Positions 1 to 13,300 are shown, numbered from the whole stretch's first letter. The stretch is DNA of 59,708 nucleotides, filler included, from Sphacelaria rigidula (GCA_964200075.2; 3 parts of 3 records of this genome joined end to end with filler, not necessarily neighbours in it), one strand, 5' to 3'. The notes: generated by a model not told the origin, from the sequence alone. Made by a program: numbers and translations.

Positions 1-490
1 GCACCTTTCTTAGTCAAGAAACGAGAAGATATACCTGTTCCAGGCCATTGCCCTAACAATTACATGGTCCAGTTTTTCATTTTCTCGATGATCATTGGAC
101 TCAACACCATACCGCAACTTGTACGTAAACATGTGCTGGAAAAATCATGTTCGGGATACTACGTAGTCTGCACTTACACCATGAAGCTCTTTTCCTACGT
201 CAAATGTGCACTCACACCACTATACTGACTGTGTTGCGATGATATCTCCCGGTATCCGCGTACTCGTACGATATGATATCCCTCTTTTTCGATCACGCAT
301 GGGGTCTACGAGTAATGTTCCGAGAAGCGGCCTGGCAGTCGAATAGCAGCAGGTTCGAACGTACGATCAGGCTGCATTCGGTAGACCTCGACTACCCACC
401 AGCCCTCTACAGCTCTTCGGTGAAAAAGTACACCGTAGCAGTCGTACATGGCCCTGCATACACCATCAAAATATGGAGCAAGCAACGAAC

Positions 491-892
491 CTGATCGGGG
501 CCAAGCTCGACCGCGCTCGCCGTCGGCCGCGAGCCAAGATTCAGGTCCTTCAGCGACCAAGATGGTGGTGGTAGCACGAACGGTGCCGCCCCTAATGCAT
601 CACTATCAACATCCCGCGAAATCACGGCATCCTGGCATACTATTCTCCCCGGTCTCTCTCCTGCTGTTGTCGCTGCTGCTGCTGCTTCTGCAGGGTCTGC
701 GGAAGGTGCGGTGGCAATGCCTCCATCTGAGACGAAACGGCTTGGTGCAGTAGCAGTGGCAAGATGTCTTGCTGCTGCAGCTGCTGCTGCTGCTGCTAGT
801 GTTATTTCCGTTCTGCAATGACCAGAGGGTACGGATATTTTCAGGGGGGTTTTGCAGCACAGGATGGGACTGCATGCTTGTCGCATTGTCAT
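491..892 (-). CDS. First exon of a possibly mitochondrion-targeted protein, tentatively GatC-like (Glu-tRNA(Gln) amidotransferase subunit C); no further exon recognised before the left window edge
   Basis: ORF starts gccATG at 892 (MTMRQACS...). The N-terminus is Ala/Arg/Ser-rich. It ends ...FVLPPPSWSLKDLNLGSRPTASAVELGPDQ at a CAG|GTTCGT donor (491/490). PSWSLKDL resembles the PxWSxxxL motif I recall from eukaryotic GatC/GatF N-termini (inference). An alternative acceptor at 813/812 is also possible. Confidence 0.5.
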
Positions 893-1307
893 GGCGCATC
901 AGCTCTGGGACAACTTCAGATTGCAACGGTGTGTCAGCTAACACGATGTTTTTTTTTTGTTTTTCCACCCCCATCCTCGCGCATACGGTTTCCAGCGGAG
1001 AGTCTGCAACTTAATATACCACAAAGTTAGTGTTGCACTCGATGTTGTATTACCATCCCATCGATACATCATTCATAGAATGAGTAAATCTAAGGAGTTA
1101 GCTATTGTTTGCATCGTCGATAGCCAACTGCAATCTCCTCGAATTCTACGGTTGTCAAGATTAAAGCGAGATTAAAGATTTGGTTGGAGGAGATTGTCGA
1201 ATGACGAAGGATCGCGGGTAACAGATGCTAAATGATGACACCAGGATATATCGTGGGCACGCCAGAATGTCACAGACAGATTCAACATCTAGGAGCTGAA
1301 CGTGGGA

Positions 1308-4300
1308 ATGACCATTGGCTCCGCGTCCCTCGCTTGTTTCGTACTGCTCTGCCTGAATATCAGCCAGCATGTAGATTCATTTGGCGTACTACAGCCATTT
1401 CCTTATGCGGGGTGCACCCCTCGGAGCACCTGCGGCGACTGGTCAGGTCATGCGAAACATGATCGGTGTGATTCCGGTGGCACGCCGTTGACCATGGCTA
1501 AGTCAAAGTCCTCGTCTTCGAAGAAAGCTAGAGGTATGCTCCTGAGATTTTGGTGCTGGAGAGCCTAGTAGGTTGATAGCGCAAGTGGAACAATTTACTA
1601 TGGTAGGCGCATCTTCAAATGTTGGGCGGGGGTAACGTCACGTTGTTTATCACCCCCAACGTCGAAGCCCTGGAGCTATGTAATTAGTAGGCTGCATAAA
1701 GCAACGAATGAGGCAGCTGATACCATTTTTTTATGGGGACCAATCTGTGTTTGTACGGGTATGAAGATTTCAATCCGTCTACGGGCGGTTTTCTCCGGTG
1801 GATTGTTTTTTCGGACCCCAGTCTGTGCAATGTTTTTTCGCTACTCGTTGCTGTGATGATTGATTATCTCACATTAGCTGATTGCAACAATCCAGCCCGT
1901 GGTCAGGAGCAGCAAAAATGGCTGTGATAAAAGCAGATCAATTCTCCGATTCTCTTGACGTTGACTGTTGGTATAGTATGTCACATTTCTGCTCAAATCA
2001 GGACACTCTCGAATCTCACCCGATCTGCGCCACAAATCGAAGGAGATTCTATAGTGTCCCGATTTTAGCAGAACGGTGACATATTGTACTAACAGTCAAC
2101 GTCGAGAGAATCGGAGAAGTAATCTGGTTTTCTCACTACAGAATCGGAGAAATGATCTGGTTTCCTCAGAGATAGGGTAAAAACATTGCTCGACGAACTG
2201 GGGTCCGAAAAGTCAACCCACGGTAGAAAATCGCCTGTAGACGGGCTGAAATCCTCATATTTATTTTAATACAGATTGGTTCTCATAATAATGGTCCGAA
2301 TTACTGATGTTCAGCTTTCGAAATCTCCGTAGCTACGCGCGGGTTCCCTCCCAACTCCGTTCACCACAGCCCTCAGACGGGTGATGTGTATACTTTGAAG
2401 GATGTATTCCATTATTGCCGATGCCCGCCAAGGCAACAAGCACCCGTGCCACAAACTGACAGCCATTTTCAATTCCTAGGCTGCATAATGACTGCACATT
2501 GCCGCCACGTACATGAACAACCCTTTACACGCTGTAAGTGGTTGGACAGGGCGTACTTTGGCAAGGTGCCCGGACCCTCTGCGACTTGCCAAGGTACACC
2601 TTACAGGTTTTGTTGTGCTCGTACACTTTTATACCACCCGCTGCTTTTGCGTTCAAGTGTTGATGTTCGCAAACCCTGGTGATACAATATCGCCAATGTT
2701 CCCGCTCGTTGCCCCAGTTCAGCAACCGGATAAAACCCCACCAAAGCAAGGACCGTTATAAACGATGTTTACATAATTGGAAATCTTTCCACACCCTGTA
2801 CAACTACAATAGTTGGTAATTGTTTCTCAAACAACTAACTGATCAGAATCGCGTGCAACTAGTTGTTTCCACTCAACTAACTGTTCAGAATCGTGTGCAA
2901 CTAGTTGTTTCTAAACAACTAACTGTTCAGAATATTGCGCAACTACTTGTTCAGAATCGTGCGCAACTAGTTATTTCCAAACAACTATCTGTTCAGAATC
3001 GTGCGCACTAGTTGTTTCCAAGCAACTACCAGATAGCTGGTCGACAAACAACTAACTTTAGTTGGCTATAGTTGGAAAAATGAAAACGCTGTACAGTTAG
3101 TAGTGGTATAAACTGGTATCTGTGCAGGACAGGGAGTAGGCCAGAAAAATCAGGCCGACCTATTCCTGAACAAGAAGAAAATACAAAGCATACGGTGTGA
3201 TACAAAGCAAAGGCATGCATCAAAGCAAAGGCATGCATCATTCGGGGCGCGAGCATGACACGTTCAAGGTTTAGCCTTTACTGCTGTTTCATGTATACAT
3301 CACGTCCAACTGGCTTGATCAACCACGGTTCCCGTGCGACATCGAAACCCAAACACGTTTACTTGCCACCATCTGCTGCTGGTGCTGGTGTAGTGGCAGC
3401 TGGTGGCACAGCTGCCATTTGGTGTGCTTGGTCTGTCGTGTGTGTTTGTGTGTGAGTGCGTGGGGTGCTCACATGTCCATGCGTCAGCTCGATCTCAGTC
3501 AACGGTCTAGTTGTCTTTGTTCCACGATGTTGACAACTACCCGAGCCACCAATCAACTACTGTTCCAGAATCGTGTGCAACTGCCCGGGCCACCAGGCAA
3601 CTACTTGTTCAGAATCATGTGCAACTCGTTGTGTTCACACAACTACTCCTTCAGAATCGTGCGCAACTAGTTGCTCTCAAACAACCGTTGTTCCAAAATC
3701 GTGCGCAACTAGTTGTTTCCAAACAACTACTGTTCCAAAAATGTGCGGAACCAGTTGTTTCCAAGAAGCTAATCCTTCAGAATCGTGTACGACTAGTTAT
3801 TTCCAAACAACTAATCCTTCAGAATCGTGTGCGACTAGTTATTTCCAAATAACTAGCCCTTCAGAATCGTGTGCAACTAGTTGTTTCTAAACAACTAATC
3901 TCTCAGAATCGTGCGCAACTAGTTGTTTTGAAACAACCAGCCGGTAGTTGGTTGACTAACAACTAAAAAAATAGTTGTTAGTCATAGTTGTACTGTACAG
4001 GTTGTGAAACTTTCCATTCATTTATCCATGTTCCACCCGTAGAAATAGAAAAACGACAAAGTCATGCTTCGGTTTGGGGCCCACGTTAGCGATCCACATC
4101 CCGTCATACCGTGTCATGTCAGCAGCGCCAGCGCCCAACCACATCATGATTGCATAAACAGCAAAATTAAACCTAATTGCAGTTCTGTTGCAGTGTGTGC
4201 AGTGCTGGGGCCGCACATGCTCCACACCGCATGAAATATACAGCAGCGCTGGGTTACGAACGAGGATACCTACTTTGTAACTTGGGAAGAGAGGCAAAGG

Positions 4301-7300
4301 AAGCCATGGGGAAATATTCGTGCACGTTCCGAAATCAGACTACTGCATATATTTAGAAAATGGCAATATACAGAAAGGGGTACACCCTTATGCTTTTGGA
4401 GCAAAAGAAGGTAACGCATTTTCCGGTTTGGGGCGCGGCGCTGCACGTAGGCTTGACACCTCAAAAACACGTTTTAGCGCCTCAGCCCCACGCCCAAGGT
4501 ATCAGAGCAGCATTCCCGACTTCTTTTTTTTTTTCACGTTGTTTCAAGCTTAACTACGGCGCGGAAAAGGAGAACCTGTGATGGTACCCTTTCTTGTAAA
4601 CAAACCAGGAGGATGCACCCTGCTCTACTTTAAAAAATTTCTCTCCCCTTTATTTTTTCACATGTGTACCCTCAATACTCAATCTCATACTCTTCGTTAC
4701 CCTTTTTTGTGAAGTAGTGATCGTACCGCCGGCTTCGCCAAAGATACGCGGAGGAGTCACAACCATATACCCATTTTTCGTGAAGTTGCGCCCCGCCAAA
4801 AAAGCCGAAACCCACGACCACGAAATTGTAGCCCCCTGCTGATTAGCCGGCGAACCCGGAAGATCCGATGATGGATACAGGGCGCGAACGCTTGTGTGCC
4901 AGAGCTCACAAAGATCCAGCGAGCAGGTGTGAAAAATCTTGCCGACGCACACACGCCCGAGCGGTATCATGTGACGTCACCATGTTGAACGTCAGACCGT
5001 TGCGAGATCTGCATTCTGCGGATCCGGATCGAAGTTCACAGTACCGACGAACCCCCGACCTGTTCTCACCCTACAGTCAAGTGTGTGCAGATTCAGTACG
5101 TGTGTTGTATGTCTTCGCTGAAAATAATGGCAAGAAACAGTGAAACAAAATGGTATTTAAGATTCAAAATGGACCACATTTGGTATAAATGATGAATTAT
5201 TCCCCTCCGGGCATGTGTGTGAATCTCGACTTGAACGTCAAAATTCCAAATGCTGACCCGTATAACGGCTGTGGCAGAGTACGGAGACCTGTTTCCTCTG
5301 TGATCGTGATGGTGCCGCCATGAACAAGCAGGGAAAAAACGAAAGCCAAAGCTATCTGGGGGTGGGGAGAGGGTGGTACAGGGCGGGGTCTCTGGCGTCG
5401 GCACTGTAAGCGGGAGCAAGCATCCTGCGACAGGGACGAGCTCCGCGACCGTGCAGGTACATCTGGTTTTTGCAAGAATGAGAATGATGCACACCCTGGA
5501 CAACACATGGGTCCATAATTGCAGGAGACAAGAAATGTACTGCGTAAAAGTATGTGCCTGTTGCAACTATACACGCAGTACATTTCTTGTCTACGCAATT
5601 ATTGACCATATATTGATATATTGTCCATGGTAAGGAACGACAGCATTCTGCAGTGCCTATATTTGTTTGTTCTAGTCGCATCACCACAATGACTTTTGTC
5701 TCCGTGGTATTACCGAAAAACAGAACACCGCCGCGCCCAGGTGGTCTGAATTAAAATGGTACAACTGACGCCACAAGGGTGGAGGGAACGCGGGTTCGAT
5801 TCCTACGAGATGCATTTTTCATCCATGGCAGCGCTTTCTTTCGCCGAAAGTACCAGTATCTGATTTCCGTCGGTGAAAGCGCAAGGGCGTACGTGAGTAT
5901 CAATTCTTGTTTGGCTTGGATTTGTTAGACGACAGTCGATGGGGCGCGGCAGTGCTAATCCAATCCGCGATGCCATAATGCAAGGCGTGTACCGAGGGAG
6001 AGATGGCTTGATCCCTTGAGAGCACGGATTCGTTCCAAGGAAGGGGAGGATTAAGGCCGCTTCTTACGGTGAAACAAATTATCCTAGAAAAGTGCCTTGT
6101 TGACCCTTTTTCTGCACCGTTCTACTCCCCCAAAAGAGGGCTGCGCGGATGTTGACACCTTGACATACCTTGCTATACTCGTTGAGGCGGTTCTGGGACA
6201 CTGGTGCGTTTTCCGGTGGTCGCAATTGTTTTTTTCAGCGAACCTTGCATTATCTTGGACAGACGGTCAAGCCCAGAAAAAAACTTCGCGCAACTGACCG
6301 AACACGTCACCGTCTTCTTCCTCTCGAGAACGTTCGCCCTCTTGCTTCCGCACCACGCTTGTGAGGCAGAGAAGATCCTGCGACGAGTGGCCAAGTCGAC
6401 ATGCAAGAAGCGCTTGACCGTGAGGATGGCCTCACGGTCAAGCGCTTCTCGATTGGCCGACTTGGCCGCTCGTCGCAGCGTCTTCTCTGCTTCACAGGCG
6501 TGGTGCGGAAGCAAGAGGGTGGTACGCCAACTCAATCGAATAGAAAACAAACTCGTGGGTATTTATACTGTGCCGCTTTCAAGGTTATATTGATGCCACT
6601 ATCACATGATGAATTAAAGCAAAATACTCCTCGTGGGCATTGATACTACATCGCATTCAGTGCTAGATGTTGATTTTACTGTTACATTATTTGCAGACGA
6701 AAAATGAATGTTGTATTGCTCCTTTGTCATAATCCGTTGTCGCTTTTCGAGGGTCTGGAAATTTCATCCCTACGGCCTCACGCCGTGCCTCTCTATCTAC
6801 ACCCGTTGCGATAAGTGGAACGAACGGATGGCGAGAGTTTAAACGACATGCCGTGTGCTCTTCCCACTCGTGGCGTTCGCAGAAGGATGTCATGCAGCGG
6901 ACGGAGGAAGAGATTCGACGTAGCATGGATACGCTGAAAAACACCCGGCCGAAGGTGTGGGAGGCTCTGGAGCTGCGGAAGAGACTGGCCATGTGGCAGT
7001 CGCAGACAGCCGCTCTTAATGTACTACAGCTGGTGAGCAAAGAAACAAGTGTCACAATCGGGAGGACAGACAGTAGTTGGTATAAATGTAGCAATAGTGC
7101 AGCGATGATGTCGCGTAAAACACACACACGTCCATTGATAGGGCGGGGGGGGAGATGTTCTCATGATCATGCATGCCATAGTCATATGACCGTTGACCTC
7201 GCAACCTACCAAGTCGGCACGGAGTACGCCGGGTTTTCGCCGGACCAGGCTCTCAATCACCAAGCGGGAGGCGCCGTGATGTGTTCCGCGATTCGCATGA

Positions 7301-10300
7301 AGGGTGAGCTGCGTCCTACTACGATTGTTCGGCCCGCAGTGTGCCGATTGTCTTGCATATGGATGACAGCCTTGAATGAGTTGCTACGTTTTCTGGTATC
7401 ACCACTTCCACAGATGGCCACGGGTTCCACACTGCCCCATGAGTGTCTCGCTGAGGGGAGGAGGGGAGGGGGAGGGGGGGCATGCCCATTTGTTGCTTGC
7501 CTTGGCCGTTTAATCATTGACCACGCATGCCTTTCAAGACGGGAGGGAAGGGGGGGGGGTCAATCTCGTTGTGTTTGAACCGACGTTAGATTAACTTGCT
7601 GTGGAGTCTTGAAGGAGTATAGTAGTGTCTAGCACGGGGATTTTATGGATTGAGGACGGATTTGTTTTTGAGGATAAATTTCGCAAAATTCAACATTATC
7701 GAAATATTTCGAGAAAGAAAATCAAAATACAGCCCCCGGCCGTGATGTGTGGCCCCGCTCATACTCGAAAAATTACATCCGCAATTTGTAAAATCCCGCC
7801 TTTTTACCGAGCAATTTTGATTTCCGTTTATTTCCGTACAAAAAAAACTTATTTGTCAGAAGCCCCTGTTAACACGGGATTTTACAAACTGCGGATGGAT
7901 TTGTTTTTAGGACGAGCGAGGCCATACATCACGGCCGAATAATGCATTGGGATTTTGTTTTCGAGAGTATTTCGATGCTTACGAAGGTTCCTAACGTTTA
8001 TCCTCAAAATATATCCGTCCTCAATTTTCATATCCCTTGTCATCTACCCAACACGTACAAAACACACAAACAAAATGTCAAGCATGGCCAGTATGGGAAA
8101 CGGTGGCATTTCCAGTTCTCCCCGCTGACGAGAACCAAAATGTGCCGCAGGTGAGTCAAACAGAACTTGATCGTTTTTCTGGTATTTCTGTTTCTAATCA
8201 GGCCCCGCAACCAGAGAGCTACAAATAGATGCACTACTTTTGAGGAAAGGTTGAAAAAATAACCAGGAGCATGAGTAATGTAAGAATGCTTTTGGAAGAA
8301 TATAAACACTCGCGCCCCGTCACGCCGACAGCCCCATCCGCACTCGCCATACATCTTGACCGTAAAGGGGGGGCGACCTTACACTCAAAAACAGAAGAGC
8401 AGCGTGATTGCACACGAACTTCAAGTTGTAAGGGGCAAAAAATTGTTTTATGATCATGGAATGTGTGAGGAACATGAACATTTCTCACATAAGTGACGAT
8501 GGGCGCAATTCTGCATGCACGCAAATATGTCTGCAGAGTTTGGCCCTTTTGAGGGCGATTTTGGTCGTCGGGTTGATTTTTTTCGGCCTCCCAATCCTGT
8601 TGGATTTTTTTTTTCTTCTCTTTTTCTACTAAATAAGGGAAACCATATTCATCGTGGAGTTCGCTGAATAAACGTCGAGGGTCGGTGTCTGGCCGCATTG
8701 CGCAGATTCGTGCAGCTCCAAACCAGGGTTCGGTTCCCGATGCGTTTGTTTCTTCGAAGTGATCTGATTTCCACCGTCGGAAGCGTGAGTACGTGAGTAA
8801 ATCAAGAAGTGATTTGACTGATTTTGTTTGACGAGAGTTGACGCGGTGCGGGAGGGCTGGCCCAATCCGCGAGACCAAAATGCAAGGCGTGTAGCAGGGA
8901 GAGACGGGTTGATCCCTTGAGACCATTAGACCACGGACTCGTTCCGAGGAAGGGGGAGGGGTTCCAAGTGCGACAAATACAAAAATAATGATGATGGTGA
9001 GAAACATGAACACCCTCTAGTTGCCTCTTCATTGGATATCCACACCCTCTTCGTTTTATCTACCTACGTACCTGTCGGTTGATAAGGGCAACTCAGAAAG
9101 TCACGTTGTGGGTGGCTTGTGTATTCTCGCTTGATACTTTCCCTCAAAAATCACCAAGAGAGAGCATCAAGCCAGTATTATAGTGTGCTAGTTGCTGATG
9201 TCTTGGGTGGCCGTGGATGCAAATGCAATTGATGGAGTAATATATATATATATATAGGGTGAGCACTGAAGATTGTACCGTCGGCTAGAAAATGAAAGCA
9301 CAATGAGGTAGTGTGATCTCGGGAGCTGGGGGCCAGGCGACTGACCCATTGGTCTACGGAAAGATACTCACTCCGTGACACTGTCTGCGATATATCATTG
9401 TCAAAGCGCCCTGAATCGCATTTCTTACATTTGAGACGCAGCACGGGTTCTTGGCCTCTCAACACACGAACAAGGAATGACCCCTTGTGCACGGAATCGA
9501 CGAAAAAATAGGGAAATAGTGAAGGGCGGAAAGGCAACAAGTTCGCTCTCTCGAAAGTACGGAAAGCGCAATGAGGCAGAGAGAAGTTGCACCATATTTA
9601 TATATGTGTAGCGCTCTGCGCGTGTTCGACTCGATAAAAGTTGTCGATACGCGCCAGAAACTGACGCGACGAAATTCGATAATTAACACGCATTCAGCCT
9701 GCCAGAGGGTGATCAGCCAGGAAAAAAAAAAGAACAGTGAACCCCCGAGGTAGCTCCATGATGTGCACACGCTCTACCCATTTCTCGTGAAACCCGAAAC
9801 TCGGCACTATTTCGTCGGCATTCCGTACCATATGCTGTTGTTTCGGTCGTTTTCAGTCTAATACGTTTGTCCGTTCCAAATATCTGTTTTTGTTAACTTT
9901 CCTTCAGCCAGAGTTCATGTTTTGTTTCATCTCGGGTACATCTACCATGCGACCACGGCTAGATCTCTGAGGGAACAGGTTATTTGCGACCAGCAATCAA
10001 TCAAATCATATTTACATATGCAAGGTTCTCCTTCGGGGCGTTGGTACGAGCCTCCCGGGAGTGACGCAAGTCGAAAATATATGGTTAAGAGAAGCTCTTG
10101 TATCTCAATGTATAGTAGTGATCGTGGCTGTACAAAACATCGCGCATGTGTTATCGGATGTCGTTCAGAAACATGGGAATTCGGACGGAGGCCGACGGCG
10201 GAACCGCCGGCGTAGGACTGTGTGGTATTTCCGAGGTGCCAGGGTGCGAAGTAGCTCTCGTGCCACGAAGACATGACAGCGGGAGGCACTCCCGAAAAAT

Positions 10301-13300
10301 TGGAATGCGCAGAACACTCTTGGCATGTTCTTTGTACACCACTGTGGCTTCCACATCACCGGGCCATTTTTTGAAACAGGGTGATCGTTTTTGCGGCAAA
10401 GCATTCCTGTGCGGCCGTGCTGCTGTGCCTTGTTCAACTCGCCAACGGCCCATGACACGGTCTTGTGTTTGCTGCTGACGAAGTCCAAGACAATGCTCAA
10501 CTGTTTTCAACTGCTTTGCTCTCATGTTCTCCTGACATTGGCGGCATGACCGGTGTGTTCATGCCCCCAAATGAACGAGAACGCGACAAAGAGTAACGCG
10601 GGGAAATAATGCCCCGCTAAGAGTAATCCTGTTCGAAGATTGCCATGATCTTCAACAGGCTTTTGTTGTGGTTCGGGCTCTTGTTTCAAGTTTCCCATGA
10701 TATTGGAAAGTCTTTCGTGGTTTGGGATTGACACCCCGCGAAAAAGGATCAGTTTGAGCGACTTTCGGTGGCCAGAACACGCACCACAGGTATCAGAGGA
10801 CACCCAAACCTGAACGGTACTGTACCGCTGAGCCTTCTCAGTGCGCTGCAAAAGAAAGCGCGGGGGAAATGCCTCGTCGCTAGAGAAAACTCGGCAAAAG
10901 GGGTGAAAAATGTGGAATGATACATGTACATGAATATTATATCGTGGGGATCATATTTTTAATACTTGGTCCCGGCAAGTGGTTCGTTTATTTCGTTTTC
11001 CCCAGCCGTCAACGACACAATCTATGGTTGACTTGCCGTGACGGTAATTAATTAGGCCCGTGGTGTTGCGTGTCCTTCCAACTCTACGCACTCCTGCCCT
11101 CCTCAACATAGATGCAGATCCGCTCGCTTTGTACAAAGGGTATAATGAATTACGGTAAACTATGTTCAATATGATGGATGGTTGGGATGGGAAATTCCTT
11201 TTATTTTTGGACAAGGGGAAGACAATATATGACCCCACCCCACCCCACCCAACGCTGGCTTCTCCTTGGGTGTGTTTCCCCACTGTATCCCATACGATGT
11301 ATTCCTGAGGCAGGCCAATCTGCCGCCGCGACAGGTGCAGGAGATGAAGTCTCTCGAGGCCCAGCTCAGGAGCCTGCAGGTGCAGTGGGTGTTGTGTTCT
11401 TTATCGTGTTGACTTGACTTGGTGGGCGGGTTTCGGGAATCTGTTTGCTGTTTCATTGTACGTAGCTGTATCAACTGGTCGTGGTCGTGGTGGTTTTCTC
11501 CGGCTGTAGGTTTGATTTTTCCGTTGTTTGTTTTCACTTGTTGCCTTGCTTGCGTGTCATCCGCCTCGCATGTTGTGAGACAAAGCGATGATACACAATC
11601 ATAGATAGCAACGCATGCCTCCGTATCGGATCATAGACGTGACATATACGACGACACAGTGGTTGTTGTCGAACGCCATTCGTCCCGGAGTTGCTCGCCA
11701 GTAAGCACTCATGTTGTCATGTGTGTGTATGTATATATATATATATACAAAACGTATTATCACTCTTTGCCAGCCCCGTCGGCTCTTTGTTGACGTCCGA
11801 ACTCTCCCTCTCTTCGGTGCTTCGTACGAAAATCCTGTACTCACCGGTTTTTTTTTCTTATGGCAGTCGGAGCACGATATTAGCGATCGGCTCCTTCACA
11901 ACATCGCACAGGAGGCTACTTGGGATGCATCCGCGAGGTAAACAGTACTATGGAGTCTTGAGAGAAATAGTACTGTGGAGTCTTGAGAGGCACCGTCGAG
12001 CGGAGGGCAATCCATTGGCCAACTCTCATAGCTCTCCACGCCACGCCCTGCAACCTCGAAGGTCTCTTGACAAACAAAACTTGTACAATTAATCGTGTCC
12101 TCGCGATGCCTCGGTATACGCCATGTGTACTTTGGAAACCGTACATTTGAACATACGAAGTAGATAACAATGCCATACACGATGGCCCCTGTCCCTTATG
12201 ACTACATACTGCGGAAGACACGACGAGGAGATCCTCTGTGGGAATAAGCTGAGCAAAAACAGAGGCAGCCATTTCATCATTCGACGGTTGCTGCATCAAA
12301 AATGTACGTGTTCTTTTCGTCCCGTCGTGGTTTGGCGTATGCAACGCTCTACCATGAGCACAGGATCGCACCATGTTTGTCGTAGGCACGATGCTTTGTT
12401 GTGCAGCTATAAAGATGGACACTTACATTGACCCCCCCCCTTCCCCCCTGCGTGCTCACTCTGTTTCGTTCTTCGATTGGCACTCTTGACCTGTTGTGGA
12501 TGGTAAATCGGTGAACACGCGTTTTTTTTTCTCTTCTTTTCCAAGGGTAAAAGATCAAAGGCAGGCGACTGTACAGCTTCCGGCGACAGCGGTAGAGCAC
12601 ATGCAGGCGTTGGTGTCCCGTGCTGAGGTGGGGCCTGACTCTAGGGTCATGGACGTGGGCACCGGAACGGGCATACTTCTTCGCTTCCTACAAGCCTCTG
12701 GGGTTAGGCAGGTGAGGCTACGTACCTGGATCCAGGCGTTTGAGTGTCTAGAAGGCGGTGGCCGGGGTGTGGGGGTGTGGGGGTGAAGATGGTGAGCGTG
12801 AAAAAACGATTGTCAAGACATGTCCCAAATCGCGTCATTATTGTACGTGGACTGATCTAATCAGATTGACGAAAAGAGGAACTTGAGAGTCACGTCACAT
12901 GTGAAGTGTTTTATGGAGGTCAAGTGACGAGAAGCATGAAGTTCGTCCTGGGATGGACGTGAACAGAAGCAACAGTGTATACACAAGCTTGTCGTTGGTT
13001 GGATGCAAGTTGCCGTTTGAAGGGAGCCGAGCGCGAACGTGGGCGTGTCGTGGGTTCGCTCTTCGTGCAAGCAGTCGCGATCGGCCCAAGAACAGGCTGA
13101 TCAAAAGCGAATCGATGGATGCTATGTGTTGAGCACCGATGGTGGTAGCCTGCTGCAACAAACACACGCGGCCTGATTGGTGGCCCCCGTGGAATGCCCT
13201 CTTCTAGGACCAGTAGCTCTCGGGGGACGGACCCATCTAGCACGAGCTGCTGGACCGTTATCTGTGGTGACTGTTAATCTTTTTTTGCTTACATATATGC

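Noticed and set aside
3128-3193. Possible extra methyltransferase exon (tgtgcag|...|gtgtga)
   Set aside because: Its phase does not fit between exon 1 and exon 2, which join cleanly without it.
2818-3935. CRISPR-like array of palindromic repeats
   Set aside because: The units are contiguous with no unique spacers, there are no cas genes, and the context is a eukaryotic intron.
5735-5818. Functional tRNA gene
   Set aside because: A B-box is present, but the acceptor and anticodon stems do not form.
6173-6593. Similar ORFs on both strands
   Set aside because: Artefact of the inverted repeat at 6336-6520.
8234-9013. 259-aa ORF on (-)
   Set aside because: It runs through dispersed repeat A inside an intron and has no recognisable motif.
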